DNA of 64,000 nt from Tubulanus polymorphus (GCF_964204645.1 NC_134032.1:9598275-9662274), one strand, 5' to 3'. Positions 1 to 13,858 are shown, counted from the first letter of the stretch. Notes: generated from the sequence alone by a model not told the origin. Numbers and translations: made by a program.

Positions 1-1515
1 CGGCAACGTAATCCTGTGAAGATTTGTGCGTGGCATTTATTCTGGCGTTTGATAGAACAGAATAGTTTATCCGGGAGGTAAAATCTGCTCCGGTGGAGGT
101 GGGGAGCAGTCCTTATCCGGGTATCATCAGGAGGGATACAACAGCAATCCTAGTCGGGATCGACCGCAGAATTCAATAGTTACTCAGTTCAAAACAGTTC
201 AAAATTGTTGGCGTTCTGATAAAAAGCACATTTCGCTATGTAAAAGAGTATGGTCGCTGACTCATGTCCAAATACAAACAAATTTCACATTCTGCATATA
301 AAGCCCCCTTCCGTACACTCCCGTATGCTATATATAGTTTGTCCACATGGTAGCCTACATACAATTACTGAAAGAAACCGTAAGCAGAGCTTTTAGGCAC
401 TTACAATTTTTTGTTCTTGTAACAAATAACACAAAACCCTTGCACAAACACAAAAAACCCTACTCGAATCAATGCTGCCCGTGACTGCAACCGGTTTAAG
501 TTCGTGTCAAGGCCTATATTTATACACGACAAACGCCTCTCCGATCGGGGGTTTTCCCAAAAAGTAAAAAAAAAATGATTTACACTATTTTCCCAGCGCG
601 TTTTCAAGTCGTAAACAATCGCTCGATGGTGACACCGAGATTTCACCAACCACATTTGATCGAGTTTCGGTTTAATCCTCGTGTAGTTTTTGTCGGAGAC
701 GCCTCTGTACCTATGTGACCTGACGTCGATACCTCTCGCTGGTACTGTATTGTTTGAGGTAAGAAGGTACGTGAAACAGAATTGTATCAAATATACGTAA
801 CTTTAAGGGCGTATAACGGGGTATGTTGTTATTTTGGTGGGTAAAGGACATTAGTTGTCATCAAATCTGACGCTCGTCATCTCGGAGATTGCATCTGTTC
901 GGAGGTTTCGCTAAAATAAAGTCTTACTGCCGACAGTGGACCCATCTGTGGCTTTTTGGACTTATTCCGAGGAATCACTCGATTACTTAATTCCTTTTTT
1001 GAACCGCGCCTTCCAATTTTCTTGGATCCGCCAGTATATATGTGACAACAGTTAGAGCGTCAAATTAAAAAGCTGTTTAGAATTGACAAAATTCGATCAA
1101 TTCTTTACTCGACAAACGAACTTCACGAATGTTAAGAAAGACTCATTGTTTCGTAACGTTTCGGGAAATGTGCTTCTGATGGGAAAAGTTGTCCTGCCAG
1201 ACATAACTAAAATAACGGGCTTCGTTATTTTTACGTCTGATTTATGGGCTCTACTTCTACCACCAACTATATAACGACTGACTGTCAGTCTAACACGATC
1301 TTAACCTGTTTTAGTACGTAACTCGGAGGCATTAACGAAAGCAACAACAGTACTTCATAAAGTAGATACTTTAATTTGCGTATATAATGGAACCGGAACC
1401 GAAATATCCAATTATGTACAAAACATTACGTTAATAGGACTGCCGATCACACGCACTAATTTGATTTCCGATTTAAAAAAAAAACAAACCCCGTGTTTCG
1501 CTCCCGGCAAGTGTG

Positions 1516-2971
1516 TATGGGCGGCCATTCCCGCCAAAAATCAGCGTTTCGTCTATTTTTCTGTACTTCGACAAAATGTCATAGTACACCGCCAAAATGT
1601 GTTAGCGTAACGTCAAATTGTGTAATGCGGCTAAATAACACAGGAGGGCGACACTGTACGGACAGTATTTTGCGGTATTTTTCTCGCATTGCGATCATCT
1701 CAAGGTCGTTTTATTGAAATAATTTTGCGAGTATCAAATCGACAAATCGTATCATATTCCCCAAACCCAATAAAATGATTTTATTGTTACTTTAGTTTGT
1801 TAATACTATAATATATAGTAATAATGTACGGTAAAATAGCGGAAGTAAATACTTTGCCGTAAACCTATGGAAGCCCTGAGACGACATCTTGAGTTCATGA
1901 GTTCCGAGTTCATAACTTCCTGAGTTCTCAAGTTCATGAGTTCGTCTAATGAAAAAGCCTGCGATACCGAAACGTCGAATGTAAACACGATGCTCTATCA
2001 AAGACCCGCGTCTCAGGCTCAGACGACACTGAATAACCAGCGATTAATGGTATGTTGAAGGGCGCCTCCGTTCCTCCTCTGGTAGGTAGCTCGGATTTTC
2101 TGTGCGCGGGCTAGAGAGAAGGGTGACTCCGATTAACCGGTGACTCTCGATGAATCTGCTCAGGTTTTAATGATGAAAAAGATAACAAACGCTCGTTATG
2201 AGAAATTTTTAAACATCTATTTATTTTCTATAAACCATTAAGAAAGCTGATGTCTGATGATAGACTGGTTGCCGGTCGACTTCATATGACTGCCAGTGCA
2301 GAATTGGGCACAGTCAACCAGTCTTGGTTGATGCTGGACATCATTTTTTTAGTTAATTCATGACGTAATCGGATTTAACATCCTTATAATAGGATTCTTT
2401 ATGTCGCATAATTTCATAGTGTTGTACATGCCCAAATAAACTCGAAATATCTTCACCAAGAATCTTAGTGTCTGATGTACCACAGTTGTACCGCAGTTGG
2501 TTACAATAGGATCGGAGAGCGACGGACATCACTGGTGGAGACAACCACTGCCAGTGCTGGGTGAAGAAATATCATAAACTCTGGAAGTTATGAACTTGGG
2601 AACTCATGAACCCAAGGTGTCGTCTCAGGGCTTCCATATAGGGCCTCCATACCTGAGACGACATCTTGAGTTTATGAGTTCCGAGTTAACTAATAAAGTA
2701 ATAATAAATTCATTTTATTGGGTTTAGGGAATATGATACGATTTGTCGATTTGATACTCGCAAAATTATTTCAATGAGACGACCTTGAGATGAACGCAAA
2801 GCGAGAAAAATACCGCAAAATACTGTCCGTACAGTGTCGCCCCCTGTGTTATTTAGCCGCATTACACAATTTGACGTTACGCTTACACATTTTGGCGGTG
2901 TACTATGACATTTTGTCAAAGTACAGACAAATAGACGAAACGCTGATTTTTGGCGGGAATGGCCGCCCATA
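1516..2971. mobile_element. Non-autonomous DNA transposon with ~290-bp terminal inverted repeats and an inner inverted-repeat pair
   Basis: TATGGGCGGCCATTCCCGCC... at 1516 is the reverse complement of ...GGCGGGAATGGCCGCCCATA ending 2971 (arms ~1516-1803 and ~2684-2971; ORFs 1493+ and 2710- translate almost identically). AGTGTG flanks both ends (1510-1515, 2972-2977). Inner inverted pair ~1866-1925 / ~2577-2638. No transposase ORF. Confidence 0.85.
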
Positions 2972-3230
2972 AGTGTGGTCGACTGTAAGGGACGCCAAAT
3001 CAAAGTAAAATCGACCAATGAAATAAACAACCGGGCCAATCTCTATTGCAAGATTAAGAAAACATATATGCATAATGGAAAATCGGGAATTCAGTCGTAA
3101 ACGTGAGATATGGAGATACGGAGATAATGGCTTTGCGTTGATCAAACGTTGCCTAATTACTTGCAACCTTTAGAATCTAATTTTTACAGATTAACTGTCG
3201 AATCTCACGCGGCAAAACAGCCGTCACACG

Positions 3231-6200
3231 ATGCTACTGCTGGGAGTCATACGTCTGTGCGTCTGCGCAGTGATTTTCGGTACAATCGTCGGATTGTCGA
3301 ATACCGACAGACAAAGACAGGGGATCATACAATCTGGTAAAATCAATTGAAATACAACGAATCATAATTCCAATGCTCGGTTAGAATTCCGACGCACCAA
3401 AATACGGTAAAAATGATAATTCTTTGGTCTTTTCTAGGTCACGTTGAAAAAGGATATGTTTTACCGAGCGGCCGAAAAGGGTACTCGTCCCGCCTTTCTT
3501 TGGGGACCATTTAACCGCTTAATGGGCAAATTTTGCATGTTTAAACTTGACACCAACATCGATTTATTATCGATATTGGGCCTCGGAAATAAATGCGTTG
3601 ATTAATGAGAGTTGTAAACGGTATAGAAAGTTTCTTAAGAAAACACGTTTTGATACCATTTCATATATCATGGTAAATTTGTTTTTTAGCGCTCTGTCTC
3701 GTCCTGACTGTTCTTCCAACGGGAGTGAACAACCGGTCGAATGGAAAGACCCAAAACCGACAGCGTTTCACGGGGAAATGGAAAACTTGAAACAGGTAAT
3801 GGTACGCTCCATACCTGTCCAAATACACAATGGTTTGGGTGGTTCATTCCTCAATCGGATCTAGACCAACACGAACTGTATGATCCGGTCAAATTAAACC
3901 CGAACGCCCTTATTGTAGAACTGGACGACGGGTAGATCCAGACAGGAGCACATTTAAGGAGCACGAACTCCCATCGCATTTTCCCGTGCCCTTTGAAATC
4001 ACAATGACAACATTTTTCAGAGCACTTCTTTCAAACGTACGATTTAGTTTACATTCTCTGAAATGCCGGCCTAAAGCGCCTAGAAATTGCATGAAAATGC
4101 GCTGAAATTTCACTATCTTTCGAACCATTTTTTGGCTGCGTTGATACTTAACTCGCTCTCGTTCAGTATATATGCCCTTCTCATTTGTTTGTACTCCCGT
4201 CAAAGTCTGTCCGTGGATGCGCTCCTGCTGGGTCTAATACTCAAATTAAGACTCCACAACTTAGGGCTTGAAACAATATCAATCCAATCGTATCAATGTA
4301 GCTTAAACTTAACTATGATGTACATTCGACTTGCAGAAAAATTCCAAACCTCGCCCACAAAATCATTTTCTATTCAATTAAGGCTAAAAATGATACCTTG
4401 TTTCTCCACTCTGCTGAGCTTAAAAGTTGACCCGGCCGGCCGCTTATCTACCATAAAAATGACCAAGCCGCTGCGGAGAAACAAGATATCATTTTTGTTT
4501 AGCCTAATATTGTTTGTTTTTGTTTTTTGGTCATTCAGTTATACACCAGCACGAACGGAGACAACTGGTATTACAACGAAAACTGGAACAACAGCTCGCT
4601 GAATTTCTGTACGTGGTACGGGGTCGGGTGCGACGAAGAAGGCCACGTGTTGTCTCTGTCGCTGAATGATAATAACCTGACCGGGTATGTACCGCGATTA
4701 TCGCACGACTTTCCAAATCTGAAATACGTCTGTTTCTTCGTGAATCCGAGTCTAACCGGAAGCCTCGACGAGTTTTTGCGGCTGTCCGCAGCCAGGTGGC
4801 AGCACCAGCGGCAGTCTAACCGGTCGTTAGAGCGTCTGAGCATATCGTTCACGGCTGTGGCCGCTAGTTTGGAATTCATTGCGAAAAAGCTACGATTGGA
4901 AACGCTGCGAGTCGTTCAACTGTCGACCAATCTTAACATCACGGGTAATATGACGAGCGAGTTCTGCCGGATGCGAGATATCCGCGTCTTCAGTGTCGGC
5001 GAGACGAGCATCGGCGGTTCGATTCCGGATTGTTTCGGAGACGGAATGCCGCACTTGAGATTCGTGGATTTTGAATATTGCCACAAACTCGGAGGCCACT
5101 TCCCGACCGGTTTGGCTAATCTAACCTCGGCGAAATGGATTCATCTTTCCGGTTCGAACCTACGCGGTCGAATCCCGGCCGGTTTCGGCAGCAAGCTGAA
5201 CAATTTACTAGCACTGAACTTGGACTCGAATCACCTATTCGGCGAGATACCACGCACGATCGGGCTTGCGTCGAAGTTGAAATTTCTACGACTCGACAAC
5301 AATCAATTTCACGGCGACATTCCGACGAGCGAACTCGCAAAATTAAAGAATTTAACGATATTCACGGCGCTTCGAAATAGCCTCACCCTCTCCAAAAATG
5401 CAACACCGATGGCCAATCTAAGATCACTTCTTAATTTAGACCTATCGTCGAATCCTTTGAACGTCAACATCTTGCACTTCATTCGGGTGTTTCCGTCGTA
5501 CGGCAGTTTGGAAGTGATACGGTGTTTCGCTTGCGGTATGCACGGGCGTATCGACTGGCAACGTGCCAATAGCATATTCGCCTATAGAAACGCAGCCGTC
5601 ATCGATTTTGGTCAGAATAACCTAACGGGCCAATTGCCGTTACATTTTTCCACCGACCCGCCGTACCTATCGACCTTACGTCTGCATTACAACAACATCG
5701 AGGGCGGTATTCCGCTGACCTTCGCCCGTTTGCCGTCCTTGAACCTGTTGGATTTGCGCGGTAACAAACGGATGTTCGAATATTGCGCTCACCAGAGCGT
5801 CATACTGAAGTTCTCGTCCTATTGCAAGGGCGTCTTCGGAACGCACTATTCCTGTCCCGAAGTCAGTCTCGTAACGCTGAAGGCGGCGCTGAACGAATCG
5901 AGCGGAAATCTGCTAGTCGATCCGCAGTTCTACGGGTATCGGGGCTGTTCGTGTCGGTCTGGGTTTTTCGGGGGACGCGGTATTTGTTTGCGATGCCCGA
6001 GAGAGGCCTCGTGCAAGGCGCACGAGCAAAATAAAACTTTACTATACGAAAAAGACTGGTATCCGACCATCGTCAACGGCACTTTATTGGGATTCGAACG
6101 ATGTCATCGGCTGTCGGGTAAAACGCTCTGTAACCCATACGGCAACTGCACGTGTTTCGTCATAGATGGCGGTTCAAAGCCGACAGTGGAGTGCGACCGG

Positions 6201-7775
6201 AATTGCGTTTGTAACAGCGAGTACAACGTAACCGGTAGAAAATGTTCGCTTTGCGTAAATAACGACAGAAATGGTCAAAATTCGAAATTCTACATGGAGG
6301 ACCACGTGTGTCACCCGTGCGGATCCGGGGTTCTTGGCAGCGCGTGGACCCAGTTCGGGATCCTTTTGGGGATCATGATTCTAACCGCTGTCGTATTCGT
6401 CGCTATTTCGAAACTGCCCGCCTGCAAACGCCGCGCCTGGTCGGTGAAACTAGGTTTGAAGTTGATTTTATTCGCCGTGCTGCTGGTCGTCACGGCTGTA
6501 GGCGCCGTGGAAGTCTGGCTGTTTCAGTTGACCGTCCTTTTTTTTATTTTAACCAACGTTTCGAAAGAAAACCGCAACACCGGTCTGATGAAGCAAATGC
6601 TATTTTTCTCGCAAGTAATGTTCGCCTTGTTTCGACGCGTTCATATATACGTTCTGGAGGATTTTTTCGGCACCATCTCAACGTTCTTACAAGAACCATT
6701 CAGCTTTCATTTCGACAGCCTCGCCTGCCAGTTCCCGTTCCTGTCGAGCCCGATCGCCCAGGTCGGTTTGACAGCTTCGATCCCGGTCTTAGCAGCCGTT
6801 CTGGCCGGTCTGGCTATCCTGTGCCGGTATATCCGGTACAAAATCGGGCAGCTGCACGCGCGCCACCATCGGCAGATCGAGGCGTCACGTTTTATCCCCG
6901 CCGATTGCGCACCGGAAGAATCGCTCGATGAATTCATCGCCGATGAAGAACGACCGATTATATCGCCGCACGTCGACCAATCAGCGTCCGCATACTTAGA
7001 CAACGACCCGATGCATTCTATGCAAATCTTCATATGCAAATGCGCCGGCATTTTACTATTCGTGATCGAAATCGTCTACTTTCCATTATTCGAATCGGCG
7101 TTCAAGATTCTGATTCCCTGTCGGAAGGGTTTGGACGGTGACGCGTACATGTACCTGCACCCGGCGATCGATTGTAAATCCATGGAGCATTTCCTCTACA
7201 GGATGTTCGCCGCAATCGCACTGGTCGTCTTCGGGTTGCCGTTACTGATCGTCGTCATCGCCATGTTGTTATACTACGAACCGCAACGAGCCCGACCTAT
7301 AGATGGCGCGTCGGTAGACGCCGTCCGTCGTAGACAACGTCTGGACGCGATAGTCGGTAAACTCGCCGACCCGTTCAGACCGCCGCACAGTCGTTACATG
7401 TCGTTCATGTTCATGGCGCAGAAGATAGCTCTGGCGGCTACGTTGATCTTTCTCGAGAAACCGCCCCAGTTGATTATGCTCGTCGTGATGATCTTTTCGC
7501 TTCTGATTCTGCATCAGGTCTACTTCAGGCCGTTCAAACAGCACTGTCCAGGTTCCCGCCGAATCGACGACGACAACTTGCTGTACACGCTATCGCTGTG
7601 CGTTCTACTGCTGACCTTCACGACGTCGGAAACGATTCGAATCACGAAAATCTACGACACTTACGCCGGTTATTTCGTATTCGCCGTCGGATTCCTTGTC
7701 TTTCTATTTTACTTACTCGCGGCAATATGTAGAGTCACCAAATATCGCTGCTGTTGTTGTCACCCGCCGTCTTAG
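3231..7775 (+). CDS. LRR ectodomain, Cys-rich stalk, multi-pass (~9-10 TM) membrane receptor-like protein; join(3231-3336,3438-3480,3690-3795,4539-7775)
   Basis: Exon 1 gives a signal peptide (MLLLGVIRLCVCAVIFGTIVGLS). Intron phases 1, 2, 0 chain with GT-AG ends, and splicing gives EMENLKQ|LYTSTNGDNW...CTWYGVGC, a plant-type LRR N-cap. LxxLxLxxNxLxGxIP repeats follow, then CxC/CxxC-rich segments, many hydrophobic helices and a CCCC tail. 4539 is preceded by branch point CTAAT, a pyrimidine tract and CAG. Confidence 0.85.
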
Positions 7776-10700
7776 TGCACCTCCTCTAGAAACAAGTAGG
7801 CAGAACCAGGGGTATCACTTTTTTAAAGCAGTCAGAATTGATACGTCAAGCGGAACCATATGCCATACTTAGCACCGTATCCGCTAAGCACAGAACGCAA
7901 ACGAGCATTAATTATCTGAATTCATGAAAGTGCCTGGAATGTTCTTTTGATTTTTGAAATTCGAAGCTTGAGAGGCGCTGGACCATTCAGGGTAAAATGA
8001 ATGAGAAAATTCCGTTTAGTGAGATAACAAAATTTCTTGAAAAAATGCAAAACTTGGACTTAAAAATAGGGGGTCAGCCCATGAGAACTGCTTTATTTCA
8101 TTTTCCATACCATCAGGTTTTCCGACTCGAGTCCGGTCTTGTTCCATGAACAGGTTCGAGCTTTAATGAATTATTGTCCTCACGAAGTAACAAAAAGCAA
8201 TTACACAAACAATTTAATTTTCCCCCTCTCGTCTTTTTACAGTAAAACAGTGAAACATTAAAAAGTCGAGAGGGACTTTTTCAAGCGGAGTATTTCATAC
8301 AAAGGCAGCTGTTTGGGATTCGAGTCAAATCAAATTTAATGAACTTTGTCCAAGCTCGCCTCGCCGGTTTGGATCAAAATCGAATGTGATATAACGCGGC
8401 CTCCTGTTTGTACCCGATCGATACACGTGGCTTCGCCTGTTAACGTATACAGCTGTATGCGCGCGCCATATTTGCATACTATTTAAATATCTGATAACAC
8501 TGCCCCGGAGCTTCTATCGTTACATTATTACAATAGTTAATATTCATTATCGATGTTCTAGTAGGATCTATTGATTCTCAATGAGGGTTTTATGGAGATA
8601 GTAAAACTAATATAATACGTCTGTTTTCTATTGAACAGCTGCGCCTGGCATTAATCGGAAAAAAATCTACAGATGCGCCAGACAATCTATCACTATACAC
8701 GGCATACACAGACATACCTAAGGTATTCATATAGAAGATCCCATACTGATAAAACAAATTTTCAAGCCCGAAATGTTTCCTTTAAGCTATAAATGTATTC
8801 ATTCGATGTTTTGATTTAAAACTGGCAGTCATCTTCAGGAATACTGAGTGAAGCAAAATATTACTCATAATACTCAGCAGAGTAAGAAAGCTGTCAAAAA
8901 AGAATGCATTAGATACCAGCACTCATCAGATGGTGTAACAAAACACTCAGTTATACGTCGCATTTTCAATAAACTTTTAACTGACTCTTAGGCTCCCAAA
9001 TGGAAACGTTAAGTCATCACATAGATATGAGATTGACGTTCCCAATGAGTGGCTCTGAGAGCCCTAGGACAATCTGTAGTTTAAAAACTAGCCCTCAGAC
9101 AATCTGCAACCTCCACTTCTTGGCCTGCACCCACCCCTCAGAGGTAAAAACATGCGTGGATTCTGTGATATCGCATCAAAATATGTATAGAAAAAATAAA
9201 TGCTTTTCTCACTCGGTATCTTAGGTTTTTTTGTTATCGCATATTATGTTGGATGCACTCTCACGAGCGATGAAATGCACTTATTTGCCCTTTAAGGGAT
9301 TTAATGCACAGTACATGTATAACAATAAAGCTGAAATATCTTGACAAAGAGAAATATCCTACTGTCGCAGAACCAATGTATAGAGGTATGAGAAATTAAC
9401 TTGTCATTCCACATTTGGTAGTTAACTAGGCTTAATAAAGTTTGAACGTATTTGACTGGCTCTGTTTTCGCCTATTCATACGCCTGTCTGTCTCTCGCCG
9501 CAGAATTGCGTGAAGTGTCATCCACACAAAGATATTTCTGACAACCAACATGATGCCAAATTCATTTCAAATGAAATGAAGTACGTATTAAAGAAGGCCT
9601 GAATGCGGGCCGATATAAACACAAAAATTCGAACAACTCGTCTTTAAAATGGAAGAACATGGATTCTATTTCAAATTCATAAATGCAACATGTTTGATTT
9701 AAGAAACTCCACAACCCATCAAGTGATAATATCTAGTAATATAATGATATAATATAATCTAAAATTTTGAAAACAAGTATTTATTTACACAACTACGAGC
9801 TAGAGATTAACAATATTGGGCCTGTTTCCGTTATCAAAATATCCTCAAAATGGAATGGACTAAATCTTCTGATTATAAGAGTGTATAGTGCAAAAAAGCA
9901 GCGATTAGCCAAAATAACAGTGAAAAAATCAGGCTTCGAACCCGCTTGAGAAGTTCGGTGGAACCTTCTGAGATGTTTGCCTTCTTTTGTGGGTAATGCA
10001 GGGGAATAGAATATTTCTCATTTTGATAAATTCTCAACGAATTTTGATGATGCAGTTATCTAGAATGTTCTTGATCCTAGGTCCTCGGTACCTCGTTCCA
10101 CATTTGGCCTATACCTTCGTTCCCAGCGTAAAATGCATCATCAAGGTCGATATCAACCACTCTGTTGAGGCTAGTTTAGATTTAACAAATTCGACGGAAA
10201 AATATTGTTAAGGCTTAAGAAGAGTTTGGCCTGTTCGTATGAATATATATGACAGTGAGCTTGGCTCGTGCGAATACATGAAACAATATATGATTAAGGC
10301 TGGATTGAGTAGGATTCGAGTCGATACGGGTAGAATACTGTTTGATATAACATATGGAAGATCATTGATTAGATAATCACGTTGCATATCAAAGCGTACA
10401 ATTTATGTCACGCGGCGCAGGTTTTGCAGTTTTGACTTTGTTTTTTGCATTGGCTTACTTGCATAGTATAGATTTTTTTTGCAAAAAAACCCGAGTGACC
10501 TTAATTCGAAATATGAACAATTAGTGCACGTCCGCATAGAAATCAGCCCGAGTCAGATCCAGATTAGCCACAATGTTGAGAAGCGTTTATGAAATTTGCA
10601 AACTAATCATATAACTTAAGACGACTCTCAATTTGAACTTAGACTTAAACGCAAACAGCTGACCTAGTTTATCAGCAAACTGATACTGAACCGGATTGAC

Positions 10701-12064
10701 CCAGTTTGGAAGAGGAATCTTAACCGTCTGACCTTCAGTTTGAACACTAACGACATTGACCTATTTTGATTTCAGCTCTATGCGGTAGACTTTGAATTGC
10801 GTGTAGCTTTAAAAAACCGTTGCAAGCTGCTTTAGTTTGATTTCAATTGAACTGATGACGTCATATCGGGTTCCATTGCGGAATGAACTTTTGGGAGACG
10901 TCGCGGCGTACGTATGACGACACGACGCTGGATGGTTGCAGGGTCTCAAAGCTATCGTTAGATAGTCCTGATGTAAGTGGTTCTGGCTGGTGTTATGTGC
11001 CGCAGAAAGGCGGTGAACAGTCCTTCAACGATCCGCATCAAAACCAGCATCGCTAAACACATCTGCATCGTGCTGATCAAATATATGGCGAACATCTGGA
11101 AAAGCTGAAATGATTAGATTTTATTAGATGTTTTCTTCAGAGATAAAGCAATTTTCAATATAGAGTTAAAGTTAATAGAATTAAAGTAATTATAATGACT
11201 TAATTTTCACTGTTAAGTCGTAGTAATGGAACATGTTCTTATTTTGGCCGTGCAGTTCAAGCAAATAAAAAATGGAAATACATGTATATCGAATTTTGAA
11301 TTTAGGGTTCTTATACGGCAATCAGAAATGAACTAAGGTTACAACCCATATGGAGCTATGGATCATGTATTTGGTTTCAGATTCGATGCGTCCGTGTAAT
11401 TTCATCCTTTTCAGACTCTGAATATGCGTAATCGATATTGTAAAATTTGAAAGTGTGAAGAGAATCCAATTCTAACTTTCAGCAGTTGAGAATGGCAACA
11501 GATGACAGCTGCGGAACATGGGTCATCGAAATCTAACAAATGCCTTTGATTATCGAAGGGTCTTATACCCTTAAAAGGTGTTGGACGTTCCTAAAAATGT
11601 ATGACTACCTGTAAAATCTATGATTTCATCAAATATCCTTGGCCCGTCTAGCTCTGTGGACACTTCGAGAAAAGATGGCTACCTGACCTGCTGAATCATG
11701 TCAAAAGCTGCATATTCACACTACGTTATTTAGAGCGGTCTAAATTTGGCCCGTTCTAATTCAGTACGGACCAAGCGTTCAACACTAGCAAAACGTCCGT
11801 TCCAAATTGGTCCGCTCCATTTTAGAATTTGGAATCATCAAAAATTGTCTTAAATAATAACAGTCATAAATCTATCTTTTATACATCAATTTCGGGGTAA
11901 AATACTCATGGCAAAATCTTGCTGGGCAAATCGAAACTATCTGTTACCAATTTAGCAACGCGCGTGTGAAATCGCACTCTGGTTTAGCCAGTTCCAGGTA
12001 CGGGACCATGTCTTACTAACCATAGTGTGGGCACAGCCATCATGGGGTATATGACACCAGTCAC

Positions 12065-13346
12065 CTTTCGTGAAACGGTCTAATCGGACAATTCGATGAC
12101 GTCATATGGGATTTACGGAGGCAAGCATATTTTGTGATGGAAGATAGGCTACTCACGAGATGTCTGTTGAACGATGAGGTGTTGAACTGTTTGGGAATTT
12201 CGACCAAGACATTCTTGCTATTGGTCATACCCATCAATAGGTTGCCGAGCATCACCGCGGCAACAAAGAAATCCTCTTCGCGTACCACAACCTGTTTCTT
12301 CTGTTTTGCTTTTTTGCTATCTTTCGTAGGCCCTATCCAGACAGCCGACGGTATATCCAGCTTAATATGGCCGCCAGGCAGCTCCAGGCGGTCGGAAGGA
12401 TCGGCGATGAGCAAAGTAACGCCGTCTGGCGGGATTTCATGAGACTTTTCACTTTCGACGTCACGTGGCAAGGAAGACTCGACGGAAATTGTAGGCCGAT
12501 GCTTTTCTTTTCGAATAAAATCCGATAGATGGCGCTGGCAATTTTCGGCATTCAGAACCGTGACTTTTCCAACGAAAGATATCGTTTCGGGTAGAAGAAC
12601 GTCTTGTTGTGAACTTAAATTCGGCTTATCTTGACTAGAATTTTTGTTGGACGGTTTCGATAATGTTAACTGATAAAATTTACCACTTGTTTCAAAATGG
12701 CGGCCGCCGCCGCTACTGTCGGCCGTTACCTCGTTATCGGCGTAATCGTCATCGTTCCCTAAGTAACTGACTATTATTAACACAAGGCCTGTTACCAGTA
12801 ACTGAAATCAAACAAATAGAATGTAGTCAATCGTAGATGGTTGAGAAATTTCAAACGGAACGGGGCGGATACAATGGGGGGGGGGGGCAATATCAATCAC
12901 ATTAATGATGGGACTAACTACAAGTTAAATCTTTATAGATTGCTGTTTCGGCGTCTGCCAGAAACTACTATAGGTAAATGCACACATTTTATTCAAATGT
13001 CAGGAGAATGCATTTTTAATTGATAGGAAAACACTGCACTCGACCCCCCTCTGCTCAAATTCCTGGATCCGCCCCTGGACTGTTCCTCGGCACGGACTGT
13101 GGCGCTGGCACGAGCTAGGCATACGCTTACCATTTGAGACAGGAACAAATACATCTGCTGAAATCGCCAGACGATATCGAAATAATCGCCGCCAATGTCG
13201 TCTGCTAACAGAATCGGAGATGACATATACAGCTGAAGTGACGCGATGAAACACGTGACGCCGGCAGCGCTGTACAACACCGTGACGTATTTCAAATTGT
13301 CTTTCGTTATCACCATGGCTATTGCGGCGTTATGGTCGTTTTCATG
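12065..13346 (-). CDS. Unknown protein with two N-terminal hydrophobic segments; exons 13346-13131 and 12801-12065; further exons uncertain
   Basis: Acceptor TTTTTTTCCAG before 13346, donor GTAAGC at 13130, acceptor TTTGATTTCAG before 12801. The phase-0 join gives ...YLFLSQM|LLVTGLVLIIVSYLG and continues into the 240-aa ORF. Donor AG|GTGACT at 12065. Candidate 3' exons near 11590-11480 and 11105-10950 could not be phased confidently. Confidence 0.5.
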
Positions 13347-13621
13347 CTGGAAAAAAAGCAAATGGTATCTTGACGAAATGATATTTCAATTTAGGCTGGT
13401 AGCTAGCTTGTTTCCTGTTTACTTTAAGACATCTTCGGTTGGATGCATTTTAAGGTAGTGGGGTCTCATAAAGCGGTTTCTAATCAGGATCTTAATCAGG
13501 ATACTTGGGAAATGTTTCAATATATACGTTAACCTTTATTTGCTGCTGAAGTTTCCCAGCTCTAGGAGGAACATATTCAAATTACTCGTAGAGAAGTTTC
13601 CAGGTCCAATGCGCCATAGTT

Positions 13622-13858
13622 TGGGCCAACTTCAGTTTTCGTAGCCAGTCGACTAGTGGTCGGAACTAATAACCGAACACACTATAGTTCGGTCGTAACG
13701 TATTCACAGTGTCGGTCATCTTGAACCTAGGTCCGAACTGTAGCGACCGTGCTCATATGCGTGGTCGACCATTTCCGGACTATAGTTCCGACTAACGGAC
13801 ATTCGGTTTCATTTGGTTCGACTATAGTCGACTAACTCCGATAACCGAAGATGGCCCA
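13622..13858. mobile_element. MITE with imperfect terminal inverted repeats
   Basis: TGGGCCAACTTCAGTTTTCG... versus ...CGATAACCGAAGATGGCCCA; internal repeated GACTATAGT/TCGG motifs. Confidence 0.65.

Noticed and set aside
60-135. CTGATGA...-like hammerhead motifs (minus strand here; also ~21463 and ~34178)
   Set aside because: GAAA box or stems are degenerate; not supportable as ribozymes.
4459-4602. MTKPLRRNKISFLFSLILFVFVF looks like a signal peptide one frameshift away from the LRR ORF
   Set aside because: The hydrophobic stretch is the translated polypyrimidine tract of a splice acceptor (CTAAT...CAG at 4538); in-phase upstream exons supply a better signal peptide.
4531-7544. Overlapping or antisense ORFs inside the LRR exon (similarly in the GT31, RHIM and FN3 genes)
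   Set aside because: Shadow ORFs of GC-richer coding sequence with no independent motifs.
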